NCBI RefSeq assembly: GCF_006345805.1
Contig: NC_042998.1
Location: 59,644,001-59,708,000, forward strand
Length of the DNA stretch: 64,000 nucleotides
Source of the DNA: Octopus sinensis
Lineage: Eukaryota
Reading direction: 5' to 3'
A model generated the notes under the pieces. That model did no database searches, had not been told where the DNA came from, and was given only the letters and a program-made list of their open reading frames with translations. Below, piece after piece: positions 50,676 through 64,000 of this stretch; the stretch's first letter is position 1, and each line of letters begins with the position of its first letter. The translations under genes and the position numbers were made by a program.

Positions 50676-51779
50676 TATATGTATGACACCAACCTAATAA
50701 AATATAAGTATATAAGTAAAGATAATTATGTATGCTAATTTATGTGTGTATATATACCATTGTATCTCTGTATTCATATTATCTTGGCTTGTCTTACAAA
50801 TCCACATGTGCTAAACACAATATAATACATTGAATAGCGAGAGAATAAACAACATTGTCTCTTCTATCACTTTGCATGGATAGGGAAAATAGATTCCGAA
50901 AGTATTTGATATTCTCGTGTGAATGACATTTTATATCAAATGCTTATTTTTCTCTTTACTACATGTCTGTTTCTTGGGAAAAATGATAAAATCTGGCAAT
51001 TTCAATTAATAGGATATTTTCGATGTTTCATCGACTATTTTTTTTTTAACAATGACCTCAAACGTTACTAGTCGATTATTATGTTTGCATGGCATGTGTA
51101 AAACCTTGTGTACTGATGTTTTCATGTTTATCACAAATCAATTTCGTAACTGTATCGTAATATGACTGCGTTAAATTGAATTCGACACGCTGTTGTTGCA
51201 CGTTGCTGTTTTTCGTTTTTCTTGTCGCCATTGCTAGTTTTGCTTTTCTTATCACTTGAATATTTATTCTGAATCATGCCAGGAATTTATTACTATTGTT
51301 GCTCTTGTTGAAATTGCTGTTGTTTACTCGTTGAGAAGTAAGTGTTCGTGCTACTCTGGTTCTCCCTCTACGAGATAATTTAGATGAAACATAAATTGTA
51401 CGGGAATGAATAAATTCCGTTATTAAGTGTGTATTTTTACAAACCGTCTTCTTTCCTCCGTGCACTCTGTCTTCCCTGACATCTGAGCTCGAAATCAAAT
51501 ACCAAAGAAATATTCATTACTGTCGCTCATCTTGCAACAAATTGCTGCGAAATGCTCCCACAACACACATCACGTTATCTTGAAACATTAGACGGCTTCA
51601 TAAAATTAATGTAGCTTGGACACTTTTAGAAAAAGAGAATAGATAATATGGGACCATATTTAATTTGATGTCTGCTCAACTCGATTATGACCGATGTTTT
51701 ACTACACAACAATATAGATAGTTATTATTTATTGTGACCCTAATGTGGCTAACTGACATAATTGTTAACAACACCAGAA

Positions 51780-51970
51780 AAAAGGCTTAGCGACATTTCC
51801 TCCGTGTTTACGTTCTGATTTCAAATTCCATTCAGGTCAACATCCTTTCGCAGTCGATAAAATAAGTATCATTTAAGCACTGGGACCTATGCAATCAACT
51901 TAGCTCTTCCCCAAAAATATCAGGACCTTGTGCCTATATAAGACAGGATTATATCAAAATAAGCAACAAG
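51780..51970 (+). mobile_element. Diverged SINE family A
   Basis: ttacgttctgatttcaaattcc..catcctttcg..gtcgataaaataagta.ca. Confidence 0.6.
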
Positions 51971-52199
51971 GACATCCAGAGGTAATGCAGTACGATCGTT
52001 TCAAGCAACTCTATTTAATTGAACAATGCAATCAGTTCATAAATTTAAATGCATATCATTCTTCAGCTGCTTAAATACATAAAATTTGATTAAATTAAAA
52101 AAGATGGACACCTTTGTATAATTTTACCTAAAATTTCCAAGAAGGTAAGAAAGGATTATATATAATACCTTTTGTGCCTACACTAATGGACATTTATTA

Positions 52200-52560
52200 G
52201 ATTTGGGGAAGTTGTAGCTTTCTTTCCATTTCATGTAGCATCGAAACAACAGGACAGTATACAAAAGTAATACAGAAATATACGGAAATATTTCCTGTGA
52301 GTAAAACCAGCAATACAAGAGAGTATGACAAAAGACTACGTGTACTCCATCCCATGCAGTTGTGGTAGGTTATACAAAGGCGAAACATGATGTCCACTCA
52401 AAATAAGAGTAGAGGGACGTCGTAAGGCTCTGACACGGAGAGATGTTGAAAAATCGGGTATGGAAAAGCGGTGACCACTTTCTCCTGTGGGATGAAATTA
52501 ATGTAATAGACAGAGAACACCAGTGGAAAATACGAAAACTAAAAGAGGCAGCACATATAT
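52200..52560 (+). pseudogene. Penelope-like GIY-YIG endonuclease fragment
   Basis: YVYSIPCSCGRLYKGET..LKIRV; WDEINVIDREHQWKIRKLKEAAHI. Confidence 0.8.
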
Positions 52561-53500
52561 TAATGCAGTCCTGAAAAGTGAAGGGAGCAACATTGTACGA
52601 GAAACACTCTTTCTGATGATCTGCTATACAGCCCCCAAACAGCTGGGCTCTCTTTCCTCAGTGAAGACGTGGATGGAAAGCACTCAGCATACAAAAATAG
52701 AAAAATACCATGCATGGGTATATTACCAGGAAGCTTGAAGACAGTAGAATTGACACGGAGCGTAGTCTCTGTTGGCCACTATATCATATCACACTTTGAA
52801 TGTTATGCGTTTGCAATCCAGGAACAGGAAATTGCCGCAAAGTACCTGGTGAAAAAGAGAGACAGTGATGCTCTTGTAATCCCAAGGTGCAGCCGTATGT
52901 GTAGGCTATGTCACTTTCCTGTGCAAAACATTACGCATGTGATTAGCAGCTATCCTAAAGTGTCGTCACGGTGCTATCTCCCTATGCGGCACGATGTTGT
53001 TGCTAAAACAATTTACAATGACACAGGCAAAAAGAAGCTGTCCTGAAAGAAACCTAGAAAATCGTTCTATTATAGAATACATTCGTAAGTACCAACTCAA
53101 GGAATACTTGTGGAATATTCCCATTAAAACTTCTGTCAAATGGAAGCATAACAGACCGGATATTGTTGTTTGGAACAGAGGGTAAAGTTATGTAGCATCA
53201 TAGAGATTAGCTGCTCTGCAGATATAAAAATCTTTTTGAAAATCAAAGAAAAAGAGGATACATATGGACAACCGCTTCGAAATCTCCAGCTTCTATATCC
53301 AGACTATCATTTCATATTCATACCAATAAAAATTGGAGCTCTAGATTTTGTTAGTAAATACTTAAAGGAAAATCTGGATCAACTGGGATTTTCAGAAAGA
53401 GAAATCGATCGGCGAATTCGTACATTACAAGTGCAATCTATGAGTGGAACAGTAAAAATTTGCAAGACTTTCTCAAGTTCCAAATGAGAATTTGTCTGTG
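52560..53500 (+). pseudogene. R4/Dong-like LINE 3' part (zinc knuckle and RLE)
   Basis: YAFAIQEQEI..CRLC..HVIS..RHDVVAK; HNRPDIVVW; IIEISC.AD..EKEDTYG; GTVKICKTF. Confidence 0.9.
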
Positions 53501-53613
53501 TTAACTTCATCCCAAAGATGTAGTCTTGTATCTTTGTTGGAAACCGGCTCCCTCCTTAGTTTTATAATAATTAAAAATTAAACGAGCCATACATACATAC
53601 ATACATACATACA

Positions 53614-53644
<31 letters not shown>

Positions 53645-53929
53645 CAACAACAGTGTACAGTAATATCCCTGATGTTAGAATCCAAGAGGTATAAAGTTTC
53701 ATTGATAATCCAGGTAGAACAGTGGTAAAGAGATTCAGTAGAGGCAGCAAAGGTCCGAGAAAATGGTAGGAAATGAGATGAGGGTTCAAGAGAGGAGAGA
53801 GTTCGATCAGGTTGGATCAACCGGTTATTCTCTGCAATATTTATCTGTATTCAGACTGGCCTTCTTCATTCCTCAGTTCCTAATGGTCTCAAATCGTTAG
53901 CTACCTTCGTTTACACACACCACAACCCT

Positions 53930-54895
53930 CCCACCTTCTATTGCCCCTCCTTCTCTACTCCCACACACATTCTCCACACCATTATACTCAGTATCAACAC
54001 CACACACACCATTATGACCCCTACAACATATGCATACATCTACACATGGAGACACGTATGCACACGCGCACACACACTCCGTCCCACTCTACACACACCA
54101 GCACCCATACTCTCACCTATTTTCCCCGCGTACAGTAGCATATATATTGCCATGTGCCCACACCTCTCAACCCCTATCTCTTCCATCCTTATTCCACCTC
54201 CATCCATGTCGATCCACTAAATCTCCCTAGAACACACACATATGTCCGATAGCCTCACACACGCGTACAAGCGCCCTTACACATAGCTACACAGGCATAA
54301 ACGCATGATATGTATATACACACACTTTATCCAACAGCCCCAACAACACCAACTGTTAATAGTGACACGCACACTCAGTCACATGCATAAACAAGCACAG
54401 TATTCACGCATAATATACACGCATACAACTGTCTCACACATACATTATATGCACAAACACACACACACTCACACACGCACGCATATGTCCAACTACCTTT
54501 TATACACATACTTAAAACGACACCAGAACACACTCGCATAAAGTATACACGCATACATTAGCTGTTACACGCATGCGTTTATACACACGCACCTGATAGC
54601 CTCATATACGTATGTGTTAGACTGCCTCACATACTCCCACACAGATACACACGTCAATACACGGACACACAAATACTCGGAGCACACATGCATACATCAT
54701 TTCTTCTTTGCTCGCACATATACACACATGCATGCGTACGCACGTTCAAACGCATACCTATACGCAAGCTCACACGATTCTCATACTCACACACATGCTT
54801 GTACACATACACTCATACATGCGTTCGTACATGCACACATATACATACGTACATATTTCCCTCAGATACACACCCATAGTTGCGCACACACTCTT
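53930..54895 (+). repeat. ~1 kb degenerate CA-rich tract
   Basis: Same style of composition as 42530-44225. Confidence 0.8.
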
Positions 54896-54899
54896 TAGG

Positions 54900-55157
54900 T
54901 TAGTTATTCTTGTCTCCCTTGCAACCCTTGTCTCCAACCACTTCCTTCCTTCAAGTCAATTCAATGTATGCGACCGTTAATCTAGACACGCCCATTTTCT
55001 CTATTTTTTCCAATCCATCTCGTTTCACTCCTCATTCCTTTCTGTAGAACTACGTAGGATCGAAACGTCGAAGACTTCCATTTTTCTTGAGCGTCAAGCT
55101 AATACACCTTGCTTGTTGTTTTCTCACTTATCTCTGTTTTTTTTTGTTTTTTGAACA

Positions 55158-55165
<8 letters not shown>
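54900..55165 (+). mobile_element. Penelope-type terminal repeat with degenerate hammerhead motif (55038-55073)
   Basis: CTTT-CTGTAGA-A-CTAC-GTAG-GATC-GAAA-CGTC-GAAG; downstream sequence homologous to 39580-39660. Confidence 0.55.
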
Positions 55166-55207
<42 letters not shown>

Positions 55208-55240
55208 TGTGTGTGTGTGTGTGGTGTGTGTGTGCGTGTG

Positions 55241-55298
<58 letters not shown>

Positions 55299-55321
55299 AG
55301 TATTTATATATGTATATATGT

Positions 55322-55480
55322 ATTTTGAGACAGTTGCAAACGCTCGGCATGGACTTTTTACTCTCAAATTGGTATTTGATCGTGCTTAAAAAGTATCCAG
55401 CCAATTTTGTTGGACAGGTAAAGCCAGATGGCACAACTCTGGACAATCTTCCAATCTCCGATGTTTTAATCCGTTCATTA
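55322..55480 (+). pseudogene. BEL/Pao gag fragment, paralogue of about 60527-60690
   Basis: attttgagacagttgcaaacgctcggcatggac...aagtatccagccaatt...ttggacaggtaaagccagat shared. Confidence 0.85.
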
Positions 55481-55491
55481 AAGTTACAACA

Positions 55492-56710
55492 ATGTCTGGT
55501 TTTCACGTTTTTTATTATTGCATTGAAAAAGGTTTTTTACAATATTAAAGTGTGTTAAACATAAAAAAATATATTGTAATGTTTATAAACTTCCATTAGA
55601 GCTTTCATACGTTCGTAGTCATCTTCAGGTTTCAAAATATATTCAACTGACAGTTGAGTTCTTGACAACTGTAGTAAAATGGCTGACTTCTTCATTTTTT
55701 ACCTTTTAGAGGGCTCCAACACGATGAATTTTTCGAATACAGATTTGCACAATCAGCCTGCAGCTTAAACGTCACGGTTTACCAGGCGCACCGGTATTAC
55801 TGACATAGATTCCGTCTTTATTTTAACCAACTAGTTTGCGGCTTATATGTAATGGTTTTATGAGTGAGCGAACTTCGTTCGATTGTTTTTATTTGAATAG
55901 GTAGGAGTCTTCTGTAACTCGTAACTTGTTTATATTCATATGTAATATATTCAAATGCCCGAAATGCCCTAATTGCGAAGAACTACATATTGGCGAGATA
56001 GTGAATGTATTATCAGAATGCTCAGAAGTTCACAGACAAAGAATCTGGGAAAATAATGTTCGCCGAATTCCACTGAGTGAAGCATGTGGTCAGAAAATGT
56101 TTCCAATTTTTCCTTTCCACAAGGTACTTTACACAAGTGAGTTTGGAAGAATGATAAAAGAAAAGCGTTTTATTAAAATATTCAAATCTGTTCTGAACGA
56201 AAATAACAATAATAAAATAACAACCGGTTAATCATGTGGATTAAGAAATATCTTTAATATAGGAATATAAACAAATTACAGCAGACTCCCACCATTTGCA
56301 ATAAAAACGATCGAGACCAACTAAGTTTGCTCACTCATAAAACCATTTACATGTAAACCGCTAATTGGCTAAAATACAGGCGGGATCTAAGCTAGTAATA
56401 TCGGTACACATTGCAAACCGATACGTTTAAACTGCATGCTGATTGGTCCAAGTCTTTCTCGAAAAATTCAGCTTGTTGGAGCCTTCTAAGACGTACAAAA
56501 ATGAAGGCGTCCGTCATTTTACTAAAGTGGTCAAGAACTCAACTGTCAGTTAAAATAGATTTTGAAATCTGATGATTGCTATGAACGCATGAAAGCTCTA
56601 ATTGAACGTTATGAACATTAAAAAAATATTTTTTTATGTTTAACATACTTAAACATTGTAAAAATATCTTTTAAAAATACAATAATAAAAAACGTGGTAA
56701 CGAGACCATA
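55492..56710. mobile_element. Long-TIR / foldback element (~440 bp diverged arms, ~330 bp spacer)
   Basis: About 55492-55935 is the reverse complement of about 56265-56710 (e.g. aactgacagttgagttcttgac / gtcaagaactcaactgtcagtt). Confidence 0.85.
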
Positions 56711-56756
56711 TTTTAACTTTATTCAGCTGATGCACTTTACACAAATTCTGAATATA

Positions 56757-56838
<82 letters not shown>

Positions 56839-56865
56839 TATATATATATATATATATATAAATAT

Positions 56866-56893
56866 ATATATATTGTTATATTTCGGAATGGTC

Positions 56894-56924
<31 letters not shown>

Positions 56925-57723
56925 CACATTAAAATTCTTCCAAATAAAGAAGCGAGTGCTAGGTACACAAAAAGGGGATAAATTCATGAAATGGAATGAA
57001 AATCAAAAGCGTTTACCAACTCAGCTAATCCTGTACTGCAGTTTCATATTTTTTTAGCAATGAATAGAATGTTTTGCGTCTGCGCACTGGTCTGAAAACT
57101 TAGGATATACAGATCGTTAAATTTGCACGTGCTTCTACAGCTCGGATTACAAAGGCTTCTTGCTGATGATTCTGGCCTTGGCAGATAAATTCTATTCATT
57201 TGCAAAAAAAAAAGATGAAACTGCATTACAGGATTAGCTGAGTTGGTAAACGTTTTTGATTTTCATTCCATTTCATGAATTTATCCCCTTTTTTTGTATC
57301 TAGCACTCGCTTCTGTATTTGGAAGCCTTTTAATGTATTTATATATGAATAACGTATAGTCTAATGACTAATTCGTCTTTTGGGCTAGGTCACTGGTAAT
57401 AATAATTTACTTTTATTACCCTATTACTATGTTTAATTATATGGTTACTGGACAATATGTCCAATTTTTCGGCATATTTGGCATTAGAATTGTTTTCCTT
57501 TGCCCTCATTTATGAATTGTTTATAAATTTAACCGTTAAAGGTACTTTTTAATATGCTGGCCATTGATAAAATTTTCTTCGAGAAAATATTTTTTTCGAA
57601 AAGAATTTTATCCTCACATTTGATATATATATATTATATATATATATATATATACATATATACATACATATACATATATGCATATATACATATATAAATA
57701 CACACACACACACACACACACAT

Positions 57724-57755
<32 letters not shown>

Positions 57756-57810
57756 TATATATATATATATATATATAAATATATATATATTGTTATATTT
57801 CGGAATGGTC

Positions 57811-57843
<33 letters not shown>

Positions 57844-58541
57844 CACATTAAAATTCTTCCAAATAAAGAAGCGAGTGCTAGGTACACAAAAAGGGGATAA
57901 ATTCATGAAATGGAATGAAAATCAAAAGCGTTTACCAACTCAGCTAATCCTGTACTGCAGTTTCATATTTTTTTAGCAAATGAATAGAATGTTTTGCGTC
58001 TGCGCACTGGTCTGAAAACTTAGGATATACAGATCGTTAAATTTGCACGTGCTTCTACAGCTCGGATTACAAAGGCTTCTTGCTGATGATTCTGGCCTTG
58101 GCAGATAAATTCTATTCATTTGCAAAAAAAAAAGATGAAACTGCATTACAGGATTAGCTGAGTTGGTAAACGTTTTTGATTTTCATTCCATTTCATGAAT
58201 TTATCCCCTTTTTTTGTATCTAGCACTCGCTTCTGTATTTGGAAGCCTTTTAATGTATTTATATATGAATAACGTATAGTCTAATGACTAATTCGTCTTT
58301 TGGGCTAGGTCACTGGTAATAATAATTTACTTTTATTACCCTATTTACTATGTTTAATTATATGGTTACTGGACAATATGTCCAATTTTTCGGCATATTT
58401 GGCATTAGAATTGTTTTCCTTTGCCCTCATTTATGAATTGTTTATAAATTTAACCGTTAAAGGTACTTTTTAATATGCTGGCCATTGATAAAATTTTCTT
58501 CGAGAAAATATTTTTTTCGAAAAGAATTTTATCCTCACATT

Positions 58542-58580
<39 letters not shown>

Positions 58581-58643
58581 TACATACATATACATATATG
58601 CATATATACATATATAAATACACACACACACACACACACACAT

Positions 58644-58700
<57 letters not shown>
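56866..58700. repeat. Tandem duplication, ~920 bp unit x2
   Basis: 56881 matches 57798 and 57541 matches 58462; unique parts near-identical. Confidence 0.95.
56926..57336. mobile_element. MITE-like element with ~145 bp TIRs (duplicate at 57845-58256)
   Basis: acattaaaa..cttccaaata.agaagcgagtgctag... inverted at 57188-57336; TA flanks. Confidence 0.8.
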
Positions 58701-58709
<9 letters not shown>

Positions 58710-59756
58710 GCTTGTTTCTATATATAGAACAATTTAGAATTAAATTGAAGAATTAATCATCACATGTATGTCTGTGTGAGTCAGTGTGTGTGTGCGTGCG
58801 CGCGTGTGTATGGCAGATTTTCATATTCACTTTTCACCTGCAAAGGATTGTCAGAAACTATGATTTACGAATTGAAATAGAATATACACTAGAATTTTAC
58901 AAGATGGAAGGTGTTAGAAATAAAGAAGAAAGCTACAGACATCATGTGTTATTTTTAACTAAATAAATATGTAAAGTACGTTTAATATAAACAATAAAAT
59001 AATAGGTACCTTTATGTTACGTAACTCAAAAGGAGCACCTACTTTAAAATTAAAGTATTATATAAAAATAGTGAAGAGAGAATGCATATCTTGCGTTGTA
59101 AGAGACCGTGCGATGTAAGGTGACAAGAATGGCTCTTTCGTACATCACACAGCTCTTACAATGATTATAAGATGAATTATATATATATGTGCTAGAGGGA
59201 AAAAGAGAGACGAGTAGAATGTTTAAGAGAAGATTTATTTAATATGTTAACATGTGTGCCTGTGTGTGCGTCATGTACACAAAATAATAGAAAGGCCGTC
59301 ATGAGAACAAAGTGAATGTATGTGTAGGCATGGATATGTGTGTGTGAGTTAATTACGTATAAGAATAGCAATGAAGGAAAGGTCATTGAAAGTGTCCATG
59401 ATGAAAAGTTAGAAGAATGTTCATAGACTCAAGAATGAGAATACCAATTCGTTGTCAATTGTTTACGGTAATTGAAATACTGTATCAAGAAGTTGCAGCC
59501 ATGATGCTGAGCCGGTTGCGGTATATGTCGTACGTGAAGATCTGGCTGTGATGCTGCTGCCTGGGTTAATTGGTACAGGAGTTCTCGCAGGTTGTATATT
59601 CGCTGTTCATCCATAGTGAAGTAATTAACTAACAGTGAAGTGTTGGAACTTGGGGAGTTGCTTGTTGAGTTGTCTACGTAGAGATGTTGACGTTAGGACG
59701 ATGGTGGCGAAGGAGATAGAGGTCGCCGAATGCTGTTGGCCTCATAAAATCCAAGA

Positions 59757-62700
59757 ATGTTCTCCTCGGTCAACGTAAGAAGATTAATCAAAGCAGCTAT
59801 TCTCCGACTCCAAAAACATATAACCACCCCACTACCCATCATCTCTGCAACTGAGAAACAAGATTGTGTTCGTCAAGCTATTAAGCAATTTATACTAAAT
59901 ATCCAAAGGACAATAGAACTCATAGAGAAACAACAAGAAAAATTGGAAGAAGTTGTCGAGAAATTCGAACAGAAAGGTGAAGTGGACAGAACAGCTGAAG
60001 AAGAAAGGCAGCTAACCGAATTTTTCGAAGGCGACTATGGGTACACAAAGATTCATCTCGATGCCCTTGACCTACTAACTCGACTAACTCGAAGTTTATC
60101 TGGGAAAATCATCTCAAGACAGATGCCAAGTTCGAATGATTACGCTAATCGAAGACCAGAAGGTCTGGTTGAAGATGCAGCGATGAAAATTCCTGCGGCT
60201 CCTATAAGACTACCAGACATACGACTACCGACTTTCAAAGGCGACTAACTCAAATGGCCAACATTTTGGGCACTTTTCAAATCAGCAGTTCACGATTTCT
60301 GAAGTTCAGTTATTCGTATGGTTTAATCAAGAGCGAAGCAAAATAAACGATCGGCGGTTTGAGTATAACGGACAAAACCTAGGAGCTCGCAATTGAACTT
60401 TTGAAAGAACGCTACGGGCAAGATGCAACTATTAAACGCGAATTGCATAGGCAGTTGACAAACATCCAAGTGACCGACAAAAATCCTGAACTGCTCAGGA
60501 AAGCAATTAACAGATAAAATAAGATTTTGAGACAGTTGCAAACGCTCGGCATGGACATTTTACTCTCAGATTAGAATTTGATCGTGCTTCAAAAGTATCC
60601 AGCCAATTATGTTCTTGAAGTTGGACAGGTAAAGCCAGATAGCAAAACTGTGGACGATCTTCCAATCTCCGATTTTGTTCCGACTGCTTCTCAAAATTAC
60701 GAAGGAACGTCAAGACGGAAAAAGGATAACTGGAAAGGCTCAATAGATATCTTTAACACACAAGGCTAAAAGAATGACAGGCTGTTTCAAAAATCGAAAT
60801 AATCAACCAGCGGTTCACCTTGAAACCCAAAACCACCGTGCGTCTTTTGCAAACATACACATTTTAATGATGAATGTAAGAATTACAGGACATACAAAGA
60901 CCGTATGCGACTTATTCGGGAGAAGGGATTGTGTTTCAAATGTCTTTCGAGTCAACACTATGCGAGAGAATGCCAAAAGTTTGCTGGCATTCAAAGAGAA
61001 ACACAAAGCTCGCTGCAGAAAACGTTGACCTAAAACCACTGCCTTCCCGATTCAACAAGATGAATCGTTAACAGAACTGAACCCCGAAGATAGCCGAAAA
61101 GAACCGATGAGATCAGTGGTGTCGTTGAAAATGAATACGGATTCTAATTGCCTACATATAACAACCGTGCCGGTAATAACAAGTAATCCAAATGGCATGA
61201 CGAGAAAATTACTCACACAAGCAATACCGAGTGCCATTAGTCCAAAGAGTTTTATTATCGAAAGACTGAGAAAACAATTTCAACTCTCATCGAAGAGCGT
61301 TAGTTATCTAGAGGTAAACATTCTCTTACAGAAAAAAGATCACAGTGCCACCGGTACCAATATCTATCTACACGCTAAGAATGGCTGGAATCTTACTCTC
61401 AATGCGAGTGTTCTGGACAGACCCGTCATTCTTACAGAAGATAAAAGAGAGTTACGATGACAGCAGATTAGTCTGTCATCGGCAAGGACAGATGTGCCAG
61501 AAGTGTTGATTGGAGCTGACTATCTTGCTGACATTTTAGAAGAAAAATAAGTCAAGAAGTTGATATCTACAACCTCAAAAGTGATTGTTTTCCCAACCAT
61601 TTTTGGCACTGCATTAGGAAGCTGCCGCTATAGTGATTTCAACAGACAAGATCCTTGCAACACCTTTTTGGAAACAGAATTACAGAAAGGAAATGCTCAA
61701 ATAGCGAGGACAATTTTAACATCGAGTTGTAGAACTTGTGGAAGCTGGAAACGTTGGGCATCATGGACAAGCCGAAACTATCTGATAACGATTGTGCCAT
61801 TGATCAATTCAATCAAACTATTCGTTTCAGTGGAAACAAATGTAGATATCAAGTTCAATTCACCCGGAAACATCCCCATCCGAGACTACCTACTAGTCGA
61901 GTATTGGCTACCAGTCGTTTGAAACAGCTTTCTCAAGGACTAAAAGCAGATCAAAAATTATCCAAGGATTATGATAAATTCTTTGAAAATCAAATTCGCG
62001 AAGAAATTATTGAAGAAATCCCATTAGAAGAAATCGAGAAAATTCATTATTTAGCTCACCATCCTGTAAGACAGTACACGCACAAAGTTGAGAGTTGTTT
62101 ACGATGAGAATGCAAACGGTAGTAAATATTGGCCATCTCTTAATCTCTACAGAGCTCAAGTAATTCTACCAGATCTTGCAGGTATCGTGCTGCGCATTTA
62201 ACTAACACACACAACTATGATTACCGACGAAAGAACGGCATTACTACAAGTAGAACTACGCGAAAAAGATTGTGATGTCACTCGATTCTTCTGGATCAAA
62301 GACCCACTGAAATCAGCCATGATTTTGTTGTGTACTATTTTCGACGAGTGCCTTTTCATTTGTTCACCGTTTCTATTAGCTGCTTCTGTCTACATTAATG
62401 GACGTTTACATGAAAAATCGTCTGTCTAACCATCGTACGTCATTTTCCAATATAAATAAAAGACAATTTCCATCACTATCGAACCTCGTCTAGAGACTTA
62501 AAGAGAATGGAGTGGGGCACACGATCCACTGGTCTATAATGAAAAGAAAACGCTGAGCCATGCAACAGAGCATCACGAGTATGCAACGTATGCTTATGAG
62601 AAATTCTGGAAATCATCACATCCAGGGAAATGTGGTAAATAGACACTCCATGGGGATCTCATTCCATGTAAACATAAAACCAAAACATCGCTTCTGGAAC

Positions 62701-62760
62701 GGAATAATGTCAACTTTCTGCAACGGAATAATATCAACTGCCCATAGCATATTATAGAAC
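59757..62760 (+). mobile_element. Decayed BEL/Pao LTR retrotransposon (gag-pol, internally deleted)
   Basis: RLPDIRLPTFKGD..W..FW; ELLKERYG; CVFC..H..C; LCFKCL..H..C; LIGADY; WKLETLGI; IHYLAHHPV; RFFWIKDP; integrase C-terminal remnant at about 62460-62700. LTRs not identified. Confidence 0.9.
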
Positions 62761-64000
62761 AAGGAAGGAACACAAACAAATAAACTAACCGACTAATATT
62801 TAGGATGGTTTACACTATACCACTGTACAACACGAAACAATTAAAAGGACACCCTTAAAAAAGTATCATTTATCAATTCTGATAATGAACTCCAAAAGCT
62901 GATGGGTGTAGTTGCTGTAGTGATTGCACCGGCTGAACTGTTTACTTCAGAATTCATTGATTTAATCATACCTTAAATGATATCGAACAAAGGACTGTAC
63001 GGCCCATTCTTGACATATATATACGCACACAGAGTCAAACGTCTATATATATACAAGAAAAAAGCAACAAGAATGGATTAGTTGTTCAGTACAATTGTTT
63101 CATACGAAGAAAAGATTTATTAAAAGCAGCAAAAGTTGCAGCAAATACAAGTGTCCCGTATTCATCAGCCAAAACACATATGAGTTTTCCAAACATCCTA
63201 GGGGGTGAGGCTACACTCACGAAGTATCGAAGAGAGTTCTATGAAAAGCAAAAGTTAGGTAGTAAGCAGACTTAAAATGTTTTCTAATGATGTACAGTTT
63301 TATAAAAGGTTTTAAAAAAAGTTTTTTAAAAGGTTTTTAAAAAAGATTGTTAGCTTCACAGAAAAGGTAAATCCATCCATAATAATGCAGGTGTAATTTC
63401 CGGAGATATGAGGAGAGATTTTATTCTCAGAAGATAAATGCATCCATAATAAAGCAGATGTAATTTCCTGATATATGAGGAGAAGATGTTGATCACACAT
63501 CTATTCGTTTCACAAAACTACGTTGCTGGAAGAAGTGATTGGCTGTAGTGGCTAAAAGAAGTCGCAAAAGAAGTCAGTGAAGTAGAAACCGCCCAAATAA
63601 GGACATAATGGGAGGAAGGGGGTGTAAGTATACAACCTACAAAGTTAAGTTTATTTCTGTGGTGACAGAAAATCTATGTCAGTGTTGCAGGAATTTAAGA
63701 ATTTATAAGAGAAAATTATTTTTGACCATCAGACAGCTATTAACTGCCACTCCTACAGAGTTAATGGCGGGATAAAGAATATAAAGAGAACAAAGGAAAG
63801 AATTGAGGGGGTCAAAGGCTATCAGTAGAGGAACATATATTAAGAAATTTAAGTGCAACACTAGAACAGGAAGTTATTTATTTATTTATTTATTTATTAT
63901 TGTTTCTATTTATACAAATGTTTATAAATTGTAAGACAGACTTTAGGTCTATACCTAGAGGTCAATTAATTTCTATAGTGATTGGTGTGAGAGTATTGCT

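Noticed and set aside
51080-51500. Short minus-strand ORFs, including MATRKTKN... with a good start context
   Set aside because: About 50 aa, no strong donor, no homology recognised.
55926-56231. 101 aa ORF with CPKCPNC in the foldback spacer
   Set aside because: Start lies in the repeat arm and there is no supporting motif; cannot be called a transposase.
57163-57195. CTGATGA followed by a small hairpin in the MITE spacer
   Set aside because: G12 is missing (TAAA instead of GAAA) and there is no stem III; likely chance.
63368-63485. Two ~68 bp tandem units
   Set aside because: Period is not 84 bp and there is no C2H2 pattern; ordinary local duplication.

Overview
AT-rich, microsatellite-saturated animal genomic DNA. 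The repeat content (several tRNA-headed SINE families, Penelope-like elements, R4/Dong and RTE LINEs) resembles coleoid cephalopod (Octopus-like) DNA; this is an inference from recalled repeat families, not a search result. Most of the window is decayed mobile DNA: a hAT (Buster/Charlie-type) element, Tc1/mariner elements, pogo/Tigger fragments, two Helitrons with intact ends, Penelope-like elements (PLEs), RLE-, APE- and RTE-type LINE remnants, a BEL/Pao LTR element, many SINEs, long foldback inverted repeats and two kb-scale tandem duplications. No complete host gene is visible. There is one plausible minus-strand internal exon (28770-28962) and a weaker terminal-exon candidate (9344-9463). 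Most ORFs in the supplied track are microsatellite artefacts. The most notable unannotated signal is a set of hammerhead-ribozyme motifs. One has a fully intact catalytic core and an unusually long stem II (48578-48681). Three minimal PLE-type motifs show compensatory stem I changes, and degenerate cores sit inside the arms of long inverted repeats. All coordinates and pairings were read by eye; boundaries of decayed elements are approximate.
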